DNA of 64,000 bases from Thermoanaerobaculia bacterium. Its GTDB lineage: Bacteria > Acidobacteriota > Thermoanaerobaculia > Multivoradales > Multivoraceae. Location: positions 2,656,001 through 2,720,000 of the forward strand of contig OY762911.1 of the NCBI GenBank assembly GCA_963666565.1. Direction: 5' to 3'. The notes below the pieces were generated by a model. The model worked only from the letters and a program-made list of their open reading frames with translations. It ran no database searches and was not told where the DNA came from. The number at the start of each line of letters is the position of its first letter. Positions within the stretch are counted from its first letter, which is position 1. Below, piece after piece: positions 30,837 through 41,439 of the stretch. Both the position numbers and the translations under genes were made by a program.

Positions 30837-31964
30837 ATGCGAGGCCACGGGCCCGGCTGGCCGGGGCGTTCCGCCCTGGTCGCCGCCGTCTTCGCCTCGC
30901 TCGCCTTGGGATGTGCATCGACCGGCGTGCGGGAGGCCGGCGAGAGCGCCCTCCTGCGGGAACTGGAGCGGCGCCAGGTGAGCCGCGCCCTGGTGCCCTT
31001 CGCGCTGAACGACGACGTGGCCGCCTGGGTTCACGAAGCGGTCGGCGCGGTCGATCGGGACAAACGGCTCGATCGCCTGGTCGAAGCGGTGACGGATTCC
31101 TCCATGCTCGGCGTCGAGTACAAGGCCGGCCGGACCGGCTCCGCCGTCGAGGTCTTCGAGACCCGGACCGCGAACTGCCTGGCCTTCACCCAGTTGTTCG
31201 TCGGCATGGCCCGCGAACTCGACCTCGCGGGCTACTTCGTCGAGGTGTCGCACGTCGAGAACTTCGAGCGCGAGGGCGATCTGATCGTCATCTCCGATCA
31301 CGTCGCGGTGGGTTTCGGGCCCCGGCACGCGATGCGGGTGATCGACTTCGGCCTGCTCGAGAACGAGCGGGGTTTCCGGGTGTCGCCGATCAGCGATCTG
31401 ACGGCGACCGCCCTCTACTACTCGAATCGCGGCGCCGAGGCGTTGCGGGCCGACCGGCTCGACGAGGCTGTAGCCTGGCTCGAGGACGCCGTCCGGATCG
31501 ACCCGGAACTCGCGTCCGCCTGGGCGAACCTGGGAGTCGCCCAGCGCCGGAGCGGCCGCGCCGACCGGGCGGAGCGGAGCTACCGGAAGGCCCTGGAGGT
31601 CGATCCGGGCGCCAGTTCGGCCCTCGTGAACCTGGCCGTGCTGCTGCGCCTGGACGGTCGGACCGCCGAGGCGGACGACCTTCTCCTGTTGGCGGACGGC
31701 AGGCGCAATCGCAACCCGTTCACCTACGTCGCCCTCGGCGACCTGAGCCTGCGCTACGGCCGCCTGGACGAGGCGGAACGCTTCTACAGCCGGGCGCGGC
31801 GGCTTGGACCCGACGAGGCGGCGCCGGCGGCGGCGCTGGGCGAGGTGCTGCTGCGCCGGGGCGAGCGTAAGGCCGCCGAGAGGCTTCTGCGCCGCGCGCA
31901 GCGGCTGGAACCCGGCGGCGACCGCCGGATCGATCGGCTGGCGCGCCTCCTGGCGGGCGCCTGA
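30837..31964 (+). CDS. Lipoprotein with transglutaminase-like domain and TPR repeats (start could be 30660 or 30678)
   Basis: Lipobox ALGC; ANCLAF / DHVAV / VIDF Cys-His-Asp; TPRs AW.NLG, YRKAL..DP. Confidence 0.8.
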   Translation: MRGHGPGWPGRSALVAAVFASLALGCASTGVREAGESALLRELERRQVSRALVPFALNDDVAAWVHEAVGAVDRDKRLDRLVEAVTDSSMLGVEYKAGRTGSAVEVFETRTANCLAFTQLFVGMARELDLAGYFVEVSHVENFEREGDLIVISDHVAVGFGPRHAMRVIDFGLLENERGFRVSPISDLTATALYYSNRGAEALRADRLDEAVAWLEDAVRIDPELASAWANLGVAQRRSGRADRAERSYRKALEVDPGASSALVNLAVLLRLDGRTAEADDLLLLADGRRNRNPFTYVALGDLSLRYGRLDEAERFYSRARRLGPDEAAPAAALGEVLLRRGERKAAERLLRRAQRLEPGGDRRIDRLARLLAGA

Positions 31965-31999
31965 GAGCGGCCGGCCGGCCGCGCACCCGACCCTCTGCC

Positions 32000-34315
32000 G
32001 TGTCTTCCCTGTGGCAGCTCTGGATCGACACCGGCGGCACGTTCACCGACTGCATCGCGATCGACCCCGGGGGCTCGGCCCGCTGCGTGAAGGTCCTGAG
32101 CTCGGGCGCGGTCCGGGCCACCGTCGTCTCCATCGACGACAGGGGCCCGCGGCTGGAGACGCGCTTCGACCTGCCGGACGGCTTCTTCGCCGGCTACCGC
32201 GCGGCGCCCCTGGGCGGCGGCGCCGCGGCGCGGGTGGAACGGTGGTCGCGGGACGGAACCTGCCGGCTGTCCGCCGAGGGCGGCGGCGCCGCTCCCGGCC
32301 GGGATCCGCACGCCCGAGGACGGCCGCTCGGTCAGCGAGGCTCGCGGCGCGAGGACGCGCCGCCAGGGGTCGCTCCCGGCCAGGTGCTCGAACTCGTGTC
32401 GCCGGAGAACGCGCCGATCCTGGCGGCCCGCATCGCTACGGGCACGGCGCTGCACGAGCCGCTGCCGCCGTGCGACCTGCGGCTCGCGACCACGCGCGGC
32501 ACGAACGCCCTGTTGGAGCGGGCTGGCTCGCGGACCGCGCTCTTCGTCACGGAAGGGTTCGCCGACCTGCTGCTGATCGGCGACCAGGCGCGGCCCGACA
32601 TCTTCGCGCTCGCGGTCGAGCGGCCAGCGCCCCTCTACGAGCGGGCGGTCGAGGTCGCGGGCAGGCTCGACGCGGAGGGCCGGGAGCTCGCGCCGCTCGA
32701 CGAGGACGGCCTCGCGGCGGCCGCCCGCGCCCTTGTCGACGAGGGCTTCCGGGCCGCGGCCGTGGCGCTGATGCACAGCTACCGGAACCCGGACCACGAA
32801 CGGCGCGCCGAGCGCATCCTTCGCGACGCCGGCTTCGAGACGGTCTCGTGCTCGGCGGAACTGGCGCCCCTGATCAAGATCGTGCCGCGCGCGCACACCG
32901 CCGTGGTCGATGCCTACCTGGGCCGTGCGGTCGGCGGCTACCTGGAAACGACCGGCGCGGCGCTGGCGGGTGGCCGCGGGCCGGAGGCCGCCGGGAACGG
33001 CGGCGTCTCGCCCCGGGTGATGACCAGCGCCGGCGGCCTCGCCAGCTTCGCGAGCTACCGCCCCAAGGACAGCCTGCTGTCCGGTCCCGCCGGCGGCGTA
33101 GTGGGGGCGGCCGCGGCGGGGCGCGCGAGCGGCCACGACCGGGTGATCGGGTTCGACATGGGCGGCACCAGCACGGACGTCTCGCGCTACGACGGCGACT
33201 TCGAGTACAACTTCGAGTTTCGCGTCGGCGACGCGACGGTCGTGGCGCCGGCGCTGGCGATCGAGACGGTGGCCTCGGGCGGCGGCTCGATCTGCCGGGT
33301 CGATCACGGCCAGCTCAAGGTGGGGCCGGAGAGCGCGGGCGCGCGTCCCGGCCCCGCCTGCTACGGCGCCGGCGGCCCGCTGACGATCACCGACGTCAAC
33401 CTGCTGCTCGGGCGGATCGATTCGGCCGCCTTCGGCCTGCCGATCGACGTCGCCGCCGCCGAACGGCGTGCGGCGGAGGCCCTGGCGGATCTCGACGGCG
33501 CCGGCGAGGAACTGCTCGGCGGCTTCCTCGCGATCGCCAACGAACGGATGGCCGACGCGATCCGCCGGATCTCCATCTCGCGCGGCTACGACCCGGCGGA
33601 CTACGCCCTGGTCAGCTTCGGCGGCGCCGGCGGGCAGCACGCCTGCGCCATCGCCTCGGAGCTGGGCATGGCGACCGTCGTCGTGCCGGTCGACACGTCG
33701 CTGCTCAGCGCGGTCGGCCTGGGCCACGCCGTGCTGGAGCGCTTCGCTCACCGGCAGGTCCTCGAACCGCTCGACGGCGGGGTGGGCGCCGTGGTGCAGG
33801 AACTCGAGCGCGAGGCGCTGAGCCGGCTGCTGGAAGAGCGCGGCGCGAACCTGGAGGGCGCCGCGGTGCGGCGTCGGATCGTCCGGCTGCGGCTGCTCGG
33901 CCAGGAAACGGCGCTCGAAGTCGAGCCCGGTTCCGCGGAGCAGGCGCGGTCCGCGGAGGCCATCGCCGCGCTCTTCGCCGAGCGCTATCGGGCGGTCTAC
34001 GGCTACCCGCCGCCCGAGCATCCGATCGAGGTCGAGTCCGTCCGGGTGCTGGCTTCGACCGCTCCCGCCGCCGCGCGGCTCGACCGCGCGGGGGAGGTCC
34101 TTGCCGGCGACGCGCCCGTCCGCGCGCACCGGGCCTGGTTCGACGGCTGGCAGGCCGCCGCGCTCCTGCGCCGCGAGGAACTCGCTCCGGGCTTCGAGCG
34201 CTCCGGCCCCTGCCTGGTCCAGGAGCGGCACAGCATCACGGTGGTGGAGCCGGGCTGGAAGCTGCGCGTCGACGAGGCCGGAGCGCTCGTGCTCGACCGG
34301 CCGCCGGGTGCCTGA
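32000..34315 (+). CDS. Hydantoinase A / 5-oxoprolinase ATP-binding half
   Basis: [57 protein letters not shown]. Confidence 0.9.
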   Translation: MSSLWQLWIDTGGTFTDCIAIDPGGSARCVKVLSSGAVRATVVSIDDRGPRLETRFDLPDGFFAGYRAAPLGGGAAARVERWSRDGTCRLSAEGGGAAPGRDPHARGRPLGQRGSRREDAPPGVAPGQVLELVSPENAPILAARIATGTALHEPLPPCDLRLATTRGTNALLERAGSRTALFVTEGFADLLLIGDQARPDIFALAVERPAPLYERAVEVAGRLDAEGRELAPLDEDGLAAAARALVDEGFRAAAVALMHSYRNPDHERRAERILRDAGFETVSCSAELAPLIKIVPRAHTAVVDAYLGRAVGGYLETTGAALAGGRGPEAAGNGGVSPRVMTSAGGLASFASYRPKDSLLSGPAGGVVGAAAAGRASGHDRVIGFDMGGTSTDVSRYDGDFEYNFEFRVGDATVVAPALAIETVASGGGSICRVDHGQLKVGPESAGARPGPACYGAGGPLTITDVNLLLGRIDSAAFGLPIDVAAAERRAAEALADLDGAGEELLGGFLAIANERMADAIRRISISRGYDPADYALVSFGGAGGQHACAIASELGMATVVVPVDTSLLSAVGLGHAVLERFAHRQVLEPLDGGVGAVVQELEREALSRLLEERGANLEGAAVRRRIVRLRLLGQETALEVEPGSAEQARSAEAIAALFAERYRAVYGYPPPEHPIEVESVRVLASTAPAAARLDRAGEVLAGDAPVRAHRAWFDGWQAAALLRREELAPGFERSGPCLVQERHSITVVEPGWKLRVDEAGALVLDRPPGA

Positions 34316-34396
34316 CCCGCTGTCGCCGCGGGCGGCCGGACGAACGCGCCGGCCCGTCGGCTTCGCGTAGAGTTGTCGGTTCCCACCGCCTGATCC

Positions 34397-35905
34397 ATGC
34401 GTCGCCCATCCGCAAGAGTCGCCCGTGCCCCAGGTTCATCCTCCTGGATGTACCTGACTTGCCTTGCGGCCTGCGGACTGGCCGCGACGGCGCTGGGGTG
34501 CGCGCACACCAGCGTGCTGGAGCGCATTCCCGATATCGCCGAGCCGCCGGCCGCGTTCGACCGGGGACCCGATCCGGCGACCGGGGCGGCCGCGCCCGGT
34601 GCCTGCGGCGACCTGGGCGACCGGACGCTGCGGGACCTCCAGGACCGCCTGGCCAGCCAAAGCTTCGATCTACAGGCCGCCTGGCGACGCTTCGAGGCCG
34701 CCGGCGCCCGCGCCCGCGAGAGCGGCGCCTACCTGATGCCGCGCGTCGACACCTCGCTGACCGGCAACGACCTCACGTTTCCGGGCGGCGGCATCGTCAA
34801 CCAGTTCCTGCTCGCGGGCGCGGCCTGGGATTCGAGCCTGGCGGCCAGTTTCGAGATCGACCTCTGGGGCCGGCTGCGGAACCGGGAGCTCGCGGCGCTG
34901 CTCGACGCCGAGGCGAGCCGGCAGGACCTGCGCTCGCTGGCCATCAGCCTGTCCTCGGTACTGGCGGAAGTGTGGTTCGGCATCGTCGCGGAGCGCGAGC
35001 TGATCGCCCTGCTGGAGAGCCAGCAGCGGACTTCGGAGAGGTTCCTGGAGCTCACCCAGCTTCGGTTCGGACAGGGACTGGGCCCGGCCCAGGACATCGG
35101 CCGCCAGCGCGAACAACTGCTGGGCCTGCGGGGCCAGATCGAACTCGCGCGGGGCCGCCTCGACTCGCTCGAGTTCCAGCTCGCCACGCTCCTGGGCGGA
35201 GTGGAGCGCGAGACGCCGGGCGACTCGCCGGGCCTGGGTCCGCTGCTCGCGGGGAGCCAGCGGCCCGATCTCGGACTCCCCGCGCAACTGCTGGAGCGGC
35301 GGCCGGATCTTCAGGCGGCGCGCAACCGGGTCGAGGCGGCCGACCGGCGGGCGGCGGCGGCGGTCAAGGAATGGCTGCCGTCGCTGTCGCTCAACGCTCT
35401 CCTGACCGGGCGCGCGCTTGAGGTCGTCGACGTGCTGGACGACCTGGTCCGGCAGATCGGCGGCACTGGCGCCCAGGCGCTCTACCGCGGCGGCGGCCGT
35501 CGCGCCCGGATCGACCAGGCGTACGCGGCGGCGGAGGAGAGCCTCTACGCCTACGCGCAGTCGCTGGTCGCCGCGGTCGGCGAGGTACAGACCGCCTTCG
35601 CGGTCGGCCGCAGCAGCCGCGAGCTCGTCCTGAACATCGAGGAGCGCCTGGCAGAAGCTCGCCGCGTGCTGCTTCTCACCAGCGAGTCCTACCGCGAGGG
35701 CGCCACGGACTATCTGAACGTGCTCACCGCGCTCCTCTCCCAGCAGGGGCTGGAGCAGGCGCTGGTCGATGCCCGGCGGCAGCAGCTCGCGAGCCGGCTC
35801 CAGCTCTGCCGGGCGCTGGGCTTCGCGCCGGGCACGTCGGTGGAGCGGTTGGCGGCGGGACTCGCCGCGGCGCCCGAAACAACCGCCGCGGGCGGAGCGT
35901 CCTGA
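34397..35905 (+). CDS. RND outer membrane factor lipoprotein (NodT/TolC)
   Basis: Lipobox ALGC, FEIDLWG, PAQLLERRPD, L.RALG. Confidence 0.9.
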   Translation: MRRPSARVARAPGSSSWMYLTCLAACGLAATALGCAHTSVLERIPDIAEPPAAFDRGPDPATGAAAPGACGDLGDRTLRDLQDRLASQSFDLQAAWRRFEAAGARARESGAYLMPRVDTSLTGNDLTFPGGGIVNQFLLAGAAWDSSLAASFEIDLWGRLRNRELAALLDAEASRQDLRSLAISLSSVLAEVWFGIVAERELIALLESQQRTSERFLELTQLRFGQGLGPAQDIGRQREQLLGLRGQIELARGRLDSLEFQLATLLGGVERETPGDSPGLGPLLAGSQRPDLGLPAQLLERRPDLQAARNRVEAADRRAAAAVKEWLPSLSLNALLTGRALEVVDVLDDLVRQIGGTGAQALYRGGGRRARIDQAYAAAEESLYAYAQSLVAAVGEVQTAFAVGRSSRELVLNIEERLAEARRVLLLTSESYREGATDYLNVLTALLSQQGLEQALVDARRQQLASRLQLCRALGFAPGTSVERLAAGLAAAPETTAAGGAS

Positions 35906-35918
35906 CAGGCGGAAGGAC

Positions 35919-37184
35919 ATGAAGGGTACCCTGATCCGCGTCGGCATCGTGGTGCTGGTCCTGGCGTTCGGCCTGGTGGTTGCCAGGGCGATCGTCCAGG
36001 CCAGGCCCGAGGCGGTGCAGAGGCCGCCGGACGACTCCGGCGTGCTGGTGGAAGTGGCCGAGGTGAGGCGGCTCCCGCGGCGGATCGACATCGAAGCCCA
36101 GGGGACCGTGCTGCCGGCCCAGCGGGTCGTCGTTCAGCCTCAGGTGAGCGGCCGGATCGCGCGCGTCATGCCGCGGCTCGCTCCCGGCACCTTGCTGCGC
36201 GAGGGCGATGTCGTCTTCGCGATCGAGGACGCCGACTTCAAGCTGGCGGTGGCGCGGGCCACCGCCGCGGTCGCCGAGGCGGCGGCCCAGCTCGAACTCG
36301 AGCAGGGCCGGGGCCGGGTCGCCGAGCGCGAGTGGGAGCTGTTCCAGGACGAGCTGGACGCCGAACAGATCGAGGCCTCCCTGGCACTCCGCGAGCCTCA
36401 GTTGCGCTCCCGGCTCTCGGCCGTCCACACCGCCCGCGCCGCCCTGGCGCGGGCCAGGCTGGATCTGGAACGCACGGTCGTGCGCAGCCCGTTCAACGCC
36501 GTGGTGCTCTCCGAGTCGATCGAGGTCGGGCAGACGGTGACGCCGCAGAGTCAAGCCGTTACGCTGGCGGGCACCGATGCGTTCTGGGTGCGAGCGGCGG
36601 TCCGAACCGACGAACTCGAACAGCTCCGGGTTCCGGGTCTCCACGGCGACGTCGAGGGTTCGCGGGCGCTGGTCCGGCTCGATCCCGAGACGGACCAGGT
36701 CCTGCCGGGCCGGATCGTCCGGCTGCTGGGAGATCTCGACACCGCGGGCCGGATGGCGCGGGTTCTCGTCGAGGTCGACGATCCCCTCGCTCTCGGGCGC
36801 GGCACCGGCGGCCCGGCCGGACGCGGACTCCTGCTCCTGGACAGCTACGTCGACCTCCTGCTCGAGGGCGGCACGGTCCGCGACCTGTTCGAGGTGCCTC
36901 GGGAGTGGCTCCAGGAGGGCGGACACCTCTGGATGTACAGCGGCGAGCAGCTCGAGCGTCGACCGGTCGACGTGGCGTGGCGTTTCGAGGACAGCGTGTG
37001 CATCGATACCGGTCTGTCTGACGGGGAACTCGTCGTGACCAGCCGGATCGCCACTCCGATCGAGGGGATGAAGCTCCGCCTGGCGGCGGATGCGCCACCG
37101 GCGGTCGCGGCGGAGTTCCTCTCCGCGGCCAGCCGCTGGGACGTGTCGGCCTGGGGCGCGGTGCCGGCGGGAGCGGCGCCATGA
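35919..37184 (+). CDS. RND periplasmic adaptor (MFP) 1
   Basis: N-terminal TM, PQVSGRI, RTVVRSPFNA; overlaps the RND start (ATGA). Confidence 0.9.
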   Translation: MKGTLIRVGIVVLVLAFGLVVARAIVQARPEAVQRPPDDSGVLVEVAEVRRLPRRIDIEAQGTVLPAQRVVVQPQVSGRIARVMPRLAPGTLLREGDVVFAIEDADFKLAVARATAAVAEAAAQLELEQGRGRVAEREWELFQDELDAEQIEASLALREPQLRSRLSAVHTARAALARARLDLERTVVRSPFNAVVLSESIEVGQTVTPQSQAVTLAGTDAFWVRAAVRTDELEQLRVPGLHGDVEGSRALVRLDPETDQVLPGRIVRLLGDLDTAGRMARVLVEVDDPLALGRGTGGPAGRGLLLLDSYVDLLLEGGTVRDLFEVPREWLQEGGHLWMYSGEQLERRPVDVAWRFEDSVCIDTGLSDGELVVTSRIATPIEGMKLRLAADAPPAVAAEFLSAASRWDVSAWGAVPAGAAP

Positions 37185-40100
37185 GCCTGCTGGCGCACGA
37201 CCGCGGCCCCGTCGACAGGAAGGGACCGATCGGCTGGATGGCGGCGCATCCGGTGGCTGCGAACCTGTTGATGGGAGTCCTGGTCATCGGCGGCATCCTG
37301 TTCGCCTTCGGAACGAAGCGGGAGGTCTTCCCGGAAATCGACATGGACATGGTGACCGTCGTGGTTGCCTACCCGGGGGCGTCGCCCCAGGAGGTCGAGG
37401 AGGGAGTCGTCCTCGCGATCGAGGACGAGATCAGGTCTCTCGACGGCATCAAGAGGATCGGCTCGGTCTCGGTCGAGGGGCTGGGCACGGTGACGGCCGA
37501 GATCCTCACCAGCGCGAACCCGGACCGGACGTACAACGACGTCAAGAGCACCGTCGACCGGATCACGTCCTTCCCGCAGGACGCCGAACGCCCGGTCATC
37601 TCGCTCGTGACGAACCGCAGGCAGGTGCTGTCGCTGCTGGTCCACGGCGACGTGGACCTGAAGTCGCTCGACGGCCTGGCCGAGGAGATCAGGAACGAAC
37701 TGCTCTCGGACGAGCGGATCACCCTGGTGGAGAAGGCGGGCATACCGCCGCCCGAGATCAGCGTCGAGGTGCCGGCGGACAACCTGCGGCGCTACGGCCT
37801 GACGCTGCCGCAGATCTCGACGGCCGTGCGAGCGGCCTCGATCGATCTTCCCGGCGGCTCGGTCAAGACGGAGGGCGGCGAAGTGCTGGTCCGCACGACG
37901 GAGCGGCGCGACTACGGCGAGGAGTTCCGGGACATCACGCTGATCGCGCGGGCCGACGGCACGCGGGTCCGGTTGCGCGACGTGGCCACCGTGGTCGACG
38001 GCTTCCGGGAGACGGACGAGGAGATGTACTACAACGGGCAGCCGGCGATCGACCTGCAGGTCTTCCGGGTCGGCGACGAAGTGCCGCTCCAGGTGTCGTC
38101 CGCGGTCTACGACCTGGTCGAGCGCCGCCGGGGCACGTTGCCGGACTCGGTCGGAATCTCGATCGTGAACGACGAGTCGGAGGACTACCGCGCCCGGCTG
38201 TCGATTCTCGGAAAGAACGGCCTGATCGGACTGCTGCTGGTGGTCACGGTGCTGGGCATCTTCCTGCGGCCGGCGGTCGCCTTCTGGGTCAGCCTGGGCA
38301 TCTTCATCTCGTTCTGCGGCTCGTTCTTCCTCATCCCGGTCCTCGGCGTGTCGCTCAACATGATCTCGCTCTTCGCGTTCATCCTGGTGCTCGGCATCGC
38401 GGTGGACGACGCTGTGGTCGTCGGCGAGGCGATCTTCCATCACCGCCGGGGCGGCGACCGGCTCGAGGCCGCGATCGTCGGCACCCGCGAGGTGCTGACG
38501 CCGGTCACGTTCGCGGTGATCACGACGATCATCGCCTTCATCCCCCTGGCCATCGTCCCCGGCATCACCGGCAAGTTCTTCCGCAACATCCCGTTCATCG
38601 TCATTCCCGTCCTGTTGCTGTCGCTGATCGAGTCCGTGTTCATCCTGCCGGCGCACCTGCGGCACGTTGGACGGACGAAGCTGCGCGGCCGGGAGGGCCG
38701 GAGGCGGTCGCTCAATCCGATAGGGAAACTGGGCGCGCTTCAGCTTCGCTTCTCGGAGTGGGTCGAGCGGCTGATCGCCGGCCAGGTCCCGCCCATCGTC
38801 CGGAGACTGGTCCGGGACCGCTACCTGACGGTGGCCGCCATCTTCTCGGCGCTGGTCGTCGCGGTCAGCTTCGTCGCCGGAGGGCACATCAAGTTCAACT
38901 TCTTCCCGCGGATCGAGGGCGAGTTCGCGAACGGCGTGATCGAGCTGCCGTTCGGCGCGCCGGTCGCGGACACCCGGGAGGTTTCGCGCCTGATGACCCG
39001 GGCCGCGGAGGAGGTCGGCGCCGAACTCCTGGCGGAAGGGCGGATGCGCCCGGGTCGCGACGGCGCCATGCCGGACACCGTCTTCCGGGGGATCCAGGCG
39101 AAGATCGGAACCACGGGCACCGGTGCCTTCGGTCCCGGTCAGGGCTTTGCGGCGACCGGCGGGCACGTCGGCGTCGTGACGGTCCACCTCGTGCCGGACG
39201 CGGAGCGCGAGTTCGGCTCGGCGGAGTTCACGGCGCGCTGGCGCGACCGGGTCGGCGAGGTCTCGGGAGTGGACCGGCTGTCCTTCGACTTCAACGACGG
39301 TCCCTCGGCCGGGGCCAAGGTTTCGGTCCAGCTCGAGCACACCCGGACGCCGCCGCTCGAGGCGGCGGCCGCGCGCGTGGCCGCGTCGCTGGCGACCTAC
39401 AACGGCGTGTTCGACGTCGACGACGGATTCAAGGTCGGCAAGCCGCAGCTCGACCTGGTGCTCAAGCCGGCCGCGAAGGGTCTGGGACTCACCGAGCGGG
39501 CCCTGGCGGCCCAGGTCCGCGGCGCCTTCTTCGGCGCCGAGGCCAGCCGCCAGCAGCGGGGCCGCGACGAACTGCGGGTCTACGTCCGCCTGCCGCGGGA
39601 GGAGCGCGATTCGGTCCACGCGATCGAGAATCTCCTGATCCGCACGCCGGGCGGCGGCGAGATTCCGCTCCACCAGGCGGCCTACGTGCGGCCCGGGAGG
39701 TCGTTCACCCAGATCCTCCGGGTCGACGGACGCCGCACCGTGACCGTGACGGCCGACATCGACCCGACGGCCACCACGGGCAACGACATTCGGGCCGCCC
39801 TGGCCCGGACCATCCTGCCCGAAGTGGTGGCGGACACGCCCGGACTGACCTTCAACTTCAGCGGCGAGCAGGAGGCGCAGGCAGAAGCGGTTACTTCCCT
39901 GACGGGGAGTCTGTTCGTCGCCATGCTGGCCATGTACGCCCTGATGGCGGTCGCCTTCCGCAGCTATCTGCAGCCCCTCGTCGTCCTGTCGGCGGTGCCC
40001 TTCGGCATGTTCGGGGCGGTCGTCGGCCACCTGATCATGGGCTACGACCTGAGTTTCCTCAGCATTTTCGGGCTGGTCGCGCTGTCCGGCGTCGTGGTCA

Positions 40101-40456
40101 ACGACTCGCTCGTCCTGATCGACGCGGTGAACCAGTTGCGGAGCGAGGGCAGGAGCCTGCTCGACTCCGTGGTCGGCGGCGTGACCCGTCGCGTCAGGCC
40201 GGTCATTCTGACTTCGTTGACGACTTTCTTCGGTCTGATGCCGATCATCCTGGAGCGGTCGAACCAGGCCCAGTGGCTCGTGCCGATGGCGCTCAGCCTC
40301 GGCTTCGGCGTCCTGTTCGTGACCGGCATCGCCCTGGTGCTCGTGCCCTGCACCTACATGATGGTCGAGGATCTGAAGCAGGGTCTGCGGTGGCTCGTGG
40401 GGATGAGCCCGGAGCCGGGCGAAGCGCAGCCGGCGCCGCAGCCCGGAGGCAGGTAG
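37181..40456 (+). CDS. RND permease (AcrB/AcrD/AcrF family) 1
   Basis: HPVAANLLM, YPGASPQEVEE, GIAVDDAVVVGE, GVVVNDS, RPVILTSLTT. Confidence 0.94.
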   Translation: MSLLAHDRGPVDRKGPIGWMAAHPVAANLLMGVLVIGGILFAFGTKREVFPEIDMDMVTVVVAYPGASPQEVEEGVVLAIEDEIRSLDGIKRIGSVSVEGLGTVTAEILTSANPDRTYNDVKSTVDRITSFPQDAERPVISLVTNRRQVLSLLVHGDVDLKSLDGLAEEIRNELLSDERITLVEKAGIPPPEISVEVPADNLRRYGLTLPQISTAVRAASIDLPGGSVKTEGGEVLVRTTERRDYGEEFRDITLIARADGTRVRLRDVATVVDGFRETDEEMYYNGQPAIDLQVFRVGDEVPLQVSSAVYDLVERRRGTLPDSVGISIVNDESEDYRARLSILGKNGLIGLLLVVTVLGIFLRPAVAFWVSLGIFISFCGSFFLIPVLGVSLNMISLFAFILVLGIAVDDAVVVGEAIFHHRRGGDRLEAAIVGTREVLTPVTFAVITTIIAFIPLAIVPGITGKFFRNIPFIVIPVLLLSLIESVFILPAHLRHVGRTKLRGREGRRRSLNPIGKLGALQLRFSEWVERLIAGQVPPIVRRLVRDRYLTVAAIFSALVVAVSFVAGGHIKFNFFPRIEGEFANGVIELPFGAPVADTREVSRLMTRAAEEVGAELLAEGRMRPGRDGAMPDTVFRGIQAKIGTTGTGAFGPGQGFAATGGHVGVVTVHLVPDAEREFGSAEFTARWRDRVGEVSGVDRLSFDFNDGPSAGAKVSVQLEHTRTPPLEAAAARVAASLATYNGVFDVDDGFKVGKPQLDLVLKPAAKGLGLTERALAAQVRGAFFGAEASRQQRGRDELRVYVRLPREERDSVHAIENLLIRTPGGGEIPLHQAAYVRPGRSFTQILRVDGRRTVTVTADIDPTATTGNDIRAALARTILPEVVADTPGLTFNFSGEQEAQAEAVTSLTGSLFVAMLAMYALMAVAFRSYLQPLVVLSAVPFGMFGAVVGHLIMGYDLSFLSIFGLVALSGVVVNDSLVLIDAVNQLRSEGRSLLDSVVGGVTRRVRPVILTSLTTFFGLMPIILERSNQAQWLVPMALSLGFGVLFVTGIALVLVPCTYMMVEDLKQGLRWLVGMSPEPGEAQPAPQPGGR

Positions 40457-40585
40457 AGCCGCCGAACCCGTGGCTGACTCCGTGTTCGGCCCCAGCCCAC
40501 ACCTCGCTGGCAGTTCGCGCCCGAGAGCTTGCTTCGCGGCGCGCTGCGGCGCAAGCCGCTGGAGGCCCGGAGGGTAGTTCGGGTC

Positions 40586-41335
40586 ATGGACGACCTGGTT
40601 CGGGCCTGCGAACGGCTGTGGCCCCGGGGGATCTCGATCTTCCTTTCGCACCGGGCCCGCTTCCGCAATCCGCTGTCGCCGGTTGACCGGGATGCCTTGG
40701 CCGATTCGGACGCGGCGGCGGATCCGGCCGTCGTGGCCATCGTCGCGGAGGAACTCCCGGAGCGGCTCGATCGGCTCGAGCGGGGCACGTACTTCCCGGT
40801 TCCGCTGGCCCGGGCGGTCGCCGGGGGACGCGCCTTCGACGACGTCTTGATGTCGTTCCACTACCCGCCGGTCGTGGTCGACGCCGACCGGCGCTGGTCG
40901 TGGAAGGGCGGTCCGGTCGCCGAGCGCATCCGGCGCTTCTTCGTCCAGCACATCGGCTTCGAGCCGGCCCTCGGCGTCTGGTTCGTCGAGTACCGGGTCA
41001 ACGACGGCTGGTGGGACAAGTGCTACCTGCAGTGCGAGACGACGCCGCTGGTCGCGGTTCAGTTGCGGGAGGAAGACGAGGCCGCCGGGGGAGGAGTCGT
41101 CGCCGATCTGAACAACGGCCGCGCCGACACCCTCGATCCCGATTCGCTGTGCCTGGACGAGCGGGAACGGCTGTTCGCGTCGTCCGCGAGCCACGGGCCG
41201 GTCGAGATCGCGGACGCGCCCCGCTTCGCGCTGCTGCGCACCGTGTCCGAGGACTGCCGGACGGTGGAGTTCGCCGGCGCCCGGCGGACCTTGCGCTGGC
41301 CGGAACCCGCCGGCGCCGGCCGAGGCGAGGAATGA
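40586..41335 (+). CDS. Hypothetical protein with a DUF1285-like C-terminal region
   Basis: VDADRRWSWKG.P, K.YL..E.TPLVAV, LNNG..DTLDP resemble DUF1285 by eye; host-like codon pattern. Confidence 0.55.
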   Translation: MDDLVRACERLWPRGISIFLSHRARFRNPLSPVDRDALADSDAAADPAVVAIVAEELPERLDRLERGTYFPVPLARAVAGGRAFDDVLMSFHYPPVVVDADRRWSWKGGPVAERIRRFFVQHIGFEPALGVWFVEYRVNDGWWDKCYLQCETTPLVAVQLREEDEAAGGGVVADLNNGRADTLDPDSLCLDERERLFASSASHGPVEIADAPRFALLRTVSEDCRTVEFAGARRTLRWPEPAGAGRGEE

Positions 41336-41439
41336 GTCGGATGCCCCGTCGGGCCACGCGTATTGGACAGCGCTTCAACTGAACGCCCACAGAGCGCTTC
41401 TGGTAGCTTCGGAGCTGGCGGACCTTGGGGAGGGAGGCG

